From a virus (Duplodnaviria; Heunggongvirae; Uroviricota; Caudoviricetes): a DNA stretch of 12,161 nucleotides. The stretch is from the IMG/VR virus record IMGVR_UViG_2675903313_000008; one strand, written 5' to 3'. Each line of letters starts with the position of its first letter. The stretch's first letter is position 1. Under the pieces are notes generated by a model that was not told where the DNA came from, searched no databases, and saw nothing but the letters and a program-made list of their open reading frames with translations. The position numbers and the translations under genes are program-made. Below, one piece after another: positions 7,741 to 12,161 of this stretch.

Positions 7741-7748
7741 TCCTGCAT
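7050..7748 (-). CDS. L: Minor tail protein L, allele 3 (232 aa)
   Basis: MQDIHEESLNES...; closest to allele 2 but with scattered substitutions (e.g. EAVTWQ, FEMNGKG). ATG at 7748 overlaps the M stop (ATGA). Confidence 0.85.
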   Translation of the reverse strand: MQDIHEESLNESVKSEQSPRVVLWEIDLTVQGGERYFFCNELNEKGEAVTWQGRQYQAYPIDGSGFEMNGKGSSARPSLTVSNLFGLVTGMAEDLQSLVGATVVRRRVYARFLDAVNFVAGNPEADPEQELSDRWVVEQMSELTAMTALFVLATPTETDGALFPGRIMLANTCMWDYRGDECGYNGPAVADEFDTPTTDIRKDRCSKCMRGCEMRGMVANFGGFLSINKLSQ

Positions 7749-8077
7749 CAGTTCACCACCTGCTTAAACTCGGCACTGAATTCAACCCGCAGCATGCGAA
7801 CCCGTGATGACCAGGCGGCACTGGTCACCTTTATCTGCCGGTATGCATAAGGAGGTGTCCACAGAAACGCCTTCCAGCCACCGTGCTCTGCCAGGAATGC
7901 CTCCAGATGTCGGGCCTCCTCCCGGGTCACGGAAAGCGTCACACGGTATGTTTTCAGGTCAGCATTCAGCCCCGCCGCCATACGCTGCGAATACCCGTCA
8001 CCAAAACGCACTTCACGCACCGATGGCTGCGAGTTCACCTCCATATCCGGCTTCACTTTCCAGCGAAATGTTTTCAT
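7748..8077 (-). CDS. M: Minor tail protein M, lambda-like (109 aa)
   Basis: MKTFRWKVKPDMEVNSQPSVREVRFGDGYSQR...FLWTPPYAYRQIKV...RVEFSAEFKQVVN is near-identical to lambda gpM as I recall it. ATG at 8077 overlaps the H stop. Confidence 0.9.
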   Translation of the reverse strand: MKTFRWKVKPDMEVNSQPSVREVRFGDGYSQRMAAGLNADLKTYRVTLSVTREEARHLEAFLAEHGGWKAFLWTPPYAYRQIKVTSAAWSSRVRMLRVEFSAEFKQVVN

Positions 8078-10653
8078 CGCCTGCCTCCGGAAAATACGCC
8101 GCCATCACGCATCTGCGCCTGAATCTCATCCTGCGCCCCCTTGCGGGCCATGTCATACACCGCCTTCATCAGCTGCGGCCCCGCCTGTCCGTTGGTGCCG
8201 TCGTTCTGAATCACCACGTGATTGTTCTGATTAAAATTAATGCCTTCCGTCCGCCGCATCTGCGCCGGACTTCCGGCACCGCCCACATAACCACCTTCCG
8301 CATAGCCCCGCATCAGGCGGTACAGGTTGCCGACGCCAATCCGGCTGGTTGCCTCCTTCGTGAAAACAAACTCCCCGCGATGAACAATCCCCGCAGGCTC
8401 ATATTTGCCGCCCGTCCCCGTAAATCCTCCGGTCGCGAAATGGAAGTTCGCCGCCGCAGCCTGAATGGCCGTCCCCGTGGAGGCAGACGCCCCACCACCG
8501 AAAGCACCACCCATGGCGCTGCCAATACTCCCGACAATCCCCACCATGGCCTGCTTCAGAAAAATCTCTGTCAGCATGGAGAGCACAGAACGGGTGAAAC
8601 CACGCCAGCTCTGTTCGCTGCCGGTCAGCATCGCTGCCATATTCTGTGCAATACCGTCAAAGGTCTGCGTGGCCACGCTTTTAACCTGCGAAAAACTGTC
8701 CGTCACACTTTCCGCCCACTCGCCCCAGCCGGACTTCAGCCCGGCCATCCAGCTGCCACGAAGCTGGTCCTCCGCAGACCAGGTGTTCTTCAGTGCAGAT
8801 GTGGCCTTCGCCAGCGCATCCGGATTATCACCGTACACGTCACGAAGGCGCTGCGATTCCGACTCCCGCTGTGCCTGACGGTCCGTCAGCCCCCGGGCTT
8901 TTGCGCTGATTGCAGCCTGCTTCGCACTCTGCTGCTGTTCAAACCGCACAGCCTGATTTGCCAGCTCATTCAGCCGTTTCTGGTATTCAACCTTGTCACC
9001 CAGGTCAGCCAGCTGGCGTTTGTACTCCAGCGTCTCTTGCTCATGGGCCAGCAGGGATTTCTCCTGTGCAGACAGCTGGCGACGTTGCGCCGCCTCCTCC
9101 AGTACCGCGAACTGACTCTCCGCCTTCCACAAATCCCGGCGCTGCTGGCTGATTTTCTCATTCGCTCCGCTGTGCTTCTCCAGCGTCCGGAGCTCGGTTT
9201 CAAGCGCCAGCAGGGCAGCATGCGCCTGGTCTTCCTGACGCTCACCGGCTGACACTTTGACTCCTGACGACTTCGGCTTTTTCAGCGTCGATTCATAATC
9301 CTTTTTCGCCGCCGCCATCAGCGTGTTGTAATCCGCCTGCAGGATTTTCCCGTCTTTCAGGGCCTTATTCAGCTCTTCCTGCCGGTTAGTATATTTCTCC
9401 AGCGGCGTCAGCAGACGCTCATACGCCTTCTGCGCCTCTCCGGTATACTTCAGCCGTGATGCGTCCCGTTCGGCCCGGTCCCTGGTAGCCAGTTCACCGG
9501 CTTTTTCCATATCTGACTGCAGCGTGGCCGCTGCCAGCCCCAGACGGGCATTTTCCCGGTCATTCCATGCGCCCTGAAGGTTGGCCCGGAAAGAGGCGGT
9601 TTTTCCCCGGCGCTGGCTCCGGCTCTGGTACCACTGCCATTTTTTATCCGCCTCATCAAATGCCTTCTGTGCACTGGCGAGCATATCCGCTGAGGACTCA
9701 GGACGACCGATATCCAGAATGGCATCCCACATCGATTTGAATGCCTTCCCTGTTTTATCCGCCCAGGTCTCCAGTGTTCCCATGTTTTCTTTCAGGCGAC
9801 GGGTCTGCTCATCAAAGCCTTTCGTGGCGATATCGTTCGCCGCCTGCAATGCCCCGGCCTCGTCTCCGGAACGCTGCAGCTGTGCAACATACGCAATCTG
9901 CTCTGCCGTCACGTTACGGAACTGGCGCGCCATCGCCATCAGTCCCGACGTCGGGTCGGTGGTCAGTTTTCCGAAAGCCTCTGCAACCTTGTCCACCTCC
10001 ACACCGGATGCAGAAGCAAAACGCGCGACACTCTGGTTGATGGCATCAAACTGTTCACCACCACGCACACCGGCATTCACCAGGGCTGCCAGTGACTCAC
10101 TCGCCTGGTTAAACGTCAGCCCTGCGGCCTGTCCGGCTCTGGAGAGCGTCAGCATGCGATCGGCAGTCAGTCCGGACTGATTACCGGAAAGAACCAGGGT
10201 TTTATTAAACGCTGAAAGCGTGGAATCCCCCTGGTACCAGGCGTACGCCAGCGCACCTGTCGCCACCGCCAGCGAGGTGACCCCGACCATCGGCAGGGTG
10301 ATCGCACCGGCAAGTCCCCTGAACATGGGGATCATCCCGCCGAAGGAGTCCTTCACCTGACCGCCCTGTTGCAGCAGGATCAGCCAGGGATTCTGACCAC
10401 CGGCAAGCTGCGTGGCGATATCCGTAAACTGTGCGGGCAGGGTTCGCATGGCCGCTTTATACTGCCCGACGGAAATCCCGGCTTTTTGTGCAGCCAGCGC
10501 CTGGCGGCTCAGGCCCTGTTCAACAGCACTGGCGGTTTTTCTGGCGTCAGTCTCCAGTCCGGAAAAATGACGCCTTACCCGGCTCATCTGCTCATCGAAA
10601 CGGACCGCATCCAGACTCAGGTCAATAACAAGATCACCAACCGGCTGGGACAT
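8074..10653 (-). CDS. H: Tail tape measure protein H, lambda-like (859 aa)
   Basis: MSQPVGDLVIDLSLDAVRFDEQMSRVRRHFSG...QYKAAMRTLPAQFTDIATQLAGGQNPWLILLQQGGQVKDSFGG... matches lambda gpH along its length. A strong GGAGGTG Shine-Dalgarno precedes the ATG at 10653. Confidence 0.9.
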   Translation of the reverse strand: MSQPVGDLVIDLSLDAVRFDEQMSRVRRHFSGLETDARKTASAVEQGLSRQALAAQKAGISVGQYKAAMRTLPAQFTDIATQLAGGQNPWLILLQQGGQVKDSFGGMIPMFRGLAGAITLPMVGVTSLAVATGALAYAWYQGDSTLSAFNKTLVLSGNQSGLTADRMLTLSRAGQAAGLTFNQASESLAALVNAGVRGGEQFDAINQSVARFASASGVEVDKVAEAFGKLTTDPTSGLMAMARQFRNVTAEQIAYVAQLQRSGDEAGALQAANDIATKGFDEQTRRLKENMGTLETWADKTGKAFKSMWDAILDIGRPESSADMLASAQKAFDEADKKWQWYQSRSQRRGKTASFRANLQGAWNDRENARLGLAAATLQSDMEKAGELATRDRAERDASRLKYTGEAQKAYERLLTPLEKYTNRQEELNKALKDGKILQADYNTLMAAAKKDYESTLKKPKSSGVKVSAGERQEDQAHAALLALETELRTLEKHSGANEKISQQRRDLWKAESQFAVLEEAAQRRQLSAQEKSLLAHEQETLEYKRQLADLGDKVEYQKRLNELANQAVRFEQQQSAKQAAISAKARGLTDRQAQRESESQRLRDVYGDNPDALAKATSALKNTWSAEDQLRGSWMAGLKSGWGEWAESVTDSFSQVKSVATQTFDGIAQNMAAMLTGSEQSWRGFTRSVLSMLTEIFLKQAMVGIVGSIGSAMGGAFGGGASASTGTAIQAAAANFHFATGGFTGTGGKYEPAGIVHRGEFVFTKEATSRIGVGNLYRLMRGYAEGGYVGGAGSPAQMRRTEGINFNQNNHVVIQNDGTNGQAGPQLMKAVYDMARKGAQDEIQAQMRDGGVFSGGRR

Positions 10654-11098
10654 ATCTCACACCTCCGGAAATCCCCGCTGAAGCCATCATTAATGCGACA
10701 TCATCCTCGCTGACATCCGCCACATCCGCAGACGATAAAATCTCACGCCCTCCGTCCCCACCAAACCGTACGCCTCCGGCAAGTCCTGCCGCTTTCTGCA
10801 TCAGCATTTTTTCCTCATCCGGCATCTCCGTCTGCGCTTCCTCACGCCGGGGGGCAAGCAGACTGAAATCAGAGGGATGCATATCCGGATCGCAAAAAAA
10901 CAGGCTGAGTACGGCGTACGTCAGCCCGGAAAAATGCATATCCAGCTGGGTATCGTGAAAATAATGCGTACGGTAAAAATGTCGCCAGTCGGCATATTCG
11001 GTGGATGTCATCCCGGCAAGCATGGCGCGCCAGTCAGGCCTCCCCATCTCACGCGCCAGTCTGAGGGCAAAATTCAGCTCGCCGTCGAAGACTTTCCC
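10634..11098 (-). CDS. T: T reading frame of the tail assembly chaperone, expressed as a G-T fusion by -1 ribosomal frameshift
   Basis: The frame translates ...MGRPDWRAMLAGMTSTEYADWRHFYRTHYFHD...AGGVRYVPAGW, which matches lambda gpT. It is in the -1 frame relative to G and reachable from the slippery heptamer at 11092-11098. TGA stop at 10636-10634. Confidence 0.8.
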   Translation of the reverse strand, partial: GKVFDGELNFALRLAREMGRPDWRAMLAGMTSTEYADWRHFYRTHYFHDTQLDMHFSGLTYAVLSLFFCDPDMHPSDFSLLAPRREEAQTEMPDEEKMLMQKAAGLAGGVRFGGDGGREILSSADVADVSEDDVALMMASAGISGGVRYVPAGW

Positions 11099-11505
11099 GC
11101 AGAAAAATCATCATCAGTCAGCGCGTTATTTTTCGCCACTTCGGTGCTGTCAGTATCCGCATGAACAGCCCCGCTCATCCCGGACAGACGCAACACCACA
11201 TCTTCCGCCCGTGCAATGGCATCCGCAGGCCAGGTGGTGAGCACCTCCTGTTCGATCTGCATCACAGCCTCATTCATTGACGGTGATGCCGTTTTCTGCG
11301 GATGGTTATGCCACAGGGACATCGCCACCAGAAACGCGCCGGTTCTGACGAGATCTTCCACGCTTACCTGCAGGTTGCCGCTGGATTCTGCCTGTTCTGC
11401 ACGCCGTTTCAGGAGGGCAAGATGCTCAATACGCTGCAGCGCAGACAATTCGGAAAGCGTGACGGACACACCGTTATATTCAAATTGTTCTGTTTTCAGA
11501 AACAT
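11074..11505 (-). CDS. G: Tail assembly chaperone G (143 aa)
   Basis: MFLKTEQFEYNGVSVTLSELSALQRIEHLALLKRRAEQAES...TGAFLVAMSLWHNHPQKT... matches lambda gpG. A GGAGG Shine-Dalgarno precedes the ATG at 11505. Confidence 0.9.
   Translation of the reverse strand: MFLKTEQFEYNGVSVTLSELSALQRIEHLALLKRRAEQAESSGNLQVSVEDLVRTGAFLVAMSLWHNHPQKTASPSMNEAVMQIEQEVLTTWPADAIARAEDVVLRLSGMSGAVHADTDSTEVAKNNALTDDDFSAGKSSTAS
11092..11098 (-). promoter_or_regulatory. Programmed -1 frameshift slippery heptamer G GGA AAG
   Basis: The plus strand reads CTTTCCC, so the minus strand reads GGGAAAG in G frame G|GGA|AAG, 5 codons before the G stop. After a -1 slip the next codon begins at 11092 in the T frame (11092-11047 is a multiple of 3). 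Confidence 0.8.
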
Positions 11506-11518
11506 GTATTACCTCCGT

Positions 11519-12161
11519 TTACCCTGCAGCGCCCGCTTCAGTAACGGTGACTTCAGCCACTGCGGCGAACTGACCATTTCCGCTCACCACAGGGATCTGC
11601 ACCTTACCTGTCGCCACGCCGTTTACCGTAATTGTCATATCTTTCACACTAATGGTGGCTTTCGACGGATCGGCGGAAACCGCTCTGAACGTCTTGTCGG
11701 TTGCACTTTCCGGCTCAAAAGAAACCGTCAGGGTGGTTGTTTTCCCTTTTGCCACCGTACCGGATGTCGGCGTCACCTTAATCGCAGTGACCGGCGTAAT
11801 TTTGCTGCGTTCTTCCGCTACAGAAGGTTTGCCCACGTTGGTCACTTTCACCGTGCGGGTGATCACTTCTTTCGCCGTCACGGCCTTACCGATACTGCTG
11901 ACCCAGCCACGAAACACATCCACCGTGCCGTTCGGAAAACGGATTTTATAGGCCCGCACATCCCCGCTTTCAAACCAGCCTATAAGCCCTTTCTGACCTT
12001 CTTCTCCCGGTTTCCAGGCCAGCGTAAAACTGGTATCTCCTGCAGACTTCTGCCCCTGCCCGGTCGCGGTCCAGTCCGCGTCTTCATCATCCAGGTAGTT
12101 ATCATCGTAGGGTTCTGCCGTCATCTCGCCCGGCGTCAGATCCTTCACCTTAGCCAGTCGC
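11519..12161 (-). CDS. V: Major tail protein V, C-terminal ~213 codons; N-terminus beyond the window end
   Basis: ...[49 protein letters not shown]...[39 protein letters not shown]... plus a C-terminal Ig-like segment matches lambda gpV from about residue 38 onward. The frame is open to 12161; the track ORF start at 12148 is an internal GTG. Confidence 0.9.
   Translation of the reverse strand, partial: RLAKVKDLTPGEMTAEPYDDNYLDDEDADWTATGQGQKSAGDTSFTLAWKPGEEGQKGLIGWFESGDVRAYKIRFPNGTVDVFRGWVSSIGKAVTAKEVITRTVKVTNVGKPSVAEERSKITPVTAIKVTPTSGTVAKGKTTTLTVSFEPESATDKTFRAVSADPSKATISVKDMTITVNGVATGKVQIPVVSGNGQFAAVAEVTVTEAGAAG

Noticed and set aside
2494-7748. CRISPR array or other short-repeat structure
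   Set aside because: The repeats are kilobase-scale gene copies with coding content, not short direct repeats separated by unique spacers.
7804-9252. 482-aa plus-strand ORF (and 9581..10180, 8465..8878, 8910..9152) opposite the tape measure gene
   Set aside because: They are antisense to the well-supported H gene. The translations are Pro/Arg/Leu-rich low-complexity sequence with no ribosome-binding context, so they are spurious.
1-12161. Integrase, attachment site, toxin-antitoxin or anti-phage defence cassette
   Set aside because: No ORF in the window resembles a recombinase, nuclease, ATPase, methyltransferase or toxin. All sizeable ORFs are accounted for by tail genes and sodC.

Overview
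The window is a lambda-like (lambdoid) phage/prophage tail morphogenesis region, encoded almost entirely on the minus strand in the lambda order V-G-T-H-M-L-K-I-J (read right to left). All calls rest on my reading of the ORF translations and on recalled lambda protein sequences; no database search was run. The one plus-strand gene is a periplasmic Cu,Zn superoxide dismutase (sodC) inserted as a 'moron' between the start of J and the end of I, followed by two intrinsic terminators. The window is not a clean contiguous locus: an 11-nt N-run (4004-4014) and a single N (6671) separate three segments, each restarting at the same internal position of gene K. As a result the K(5' part)-L-M block appears three times as non-identical alleles, alongside two tape-measure (H) types. 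I read this as a scaffold of paralogous tail modules from several lambdoid prophages, not a proven tandem triplication. I do not see a novel defence or other undescribed system; every substantial ORF is accounted for by tail genes or sodC. The items worth follow-up are the sodC moron, a terminator-flanked non-coding segment, the mosaic tail alleles and the assembly joins.
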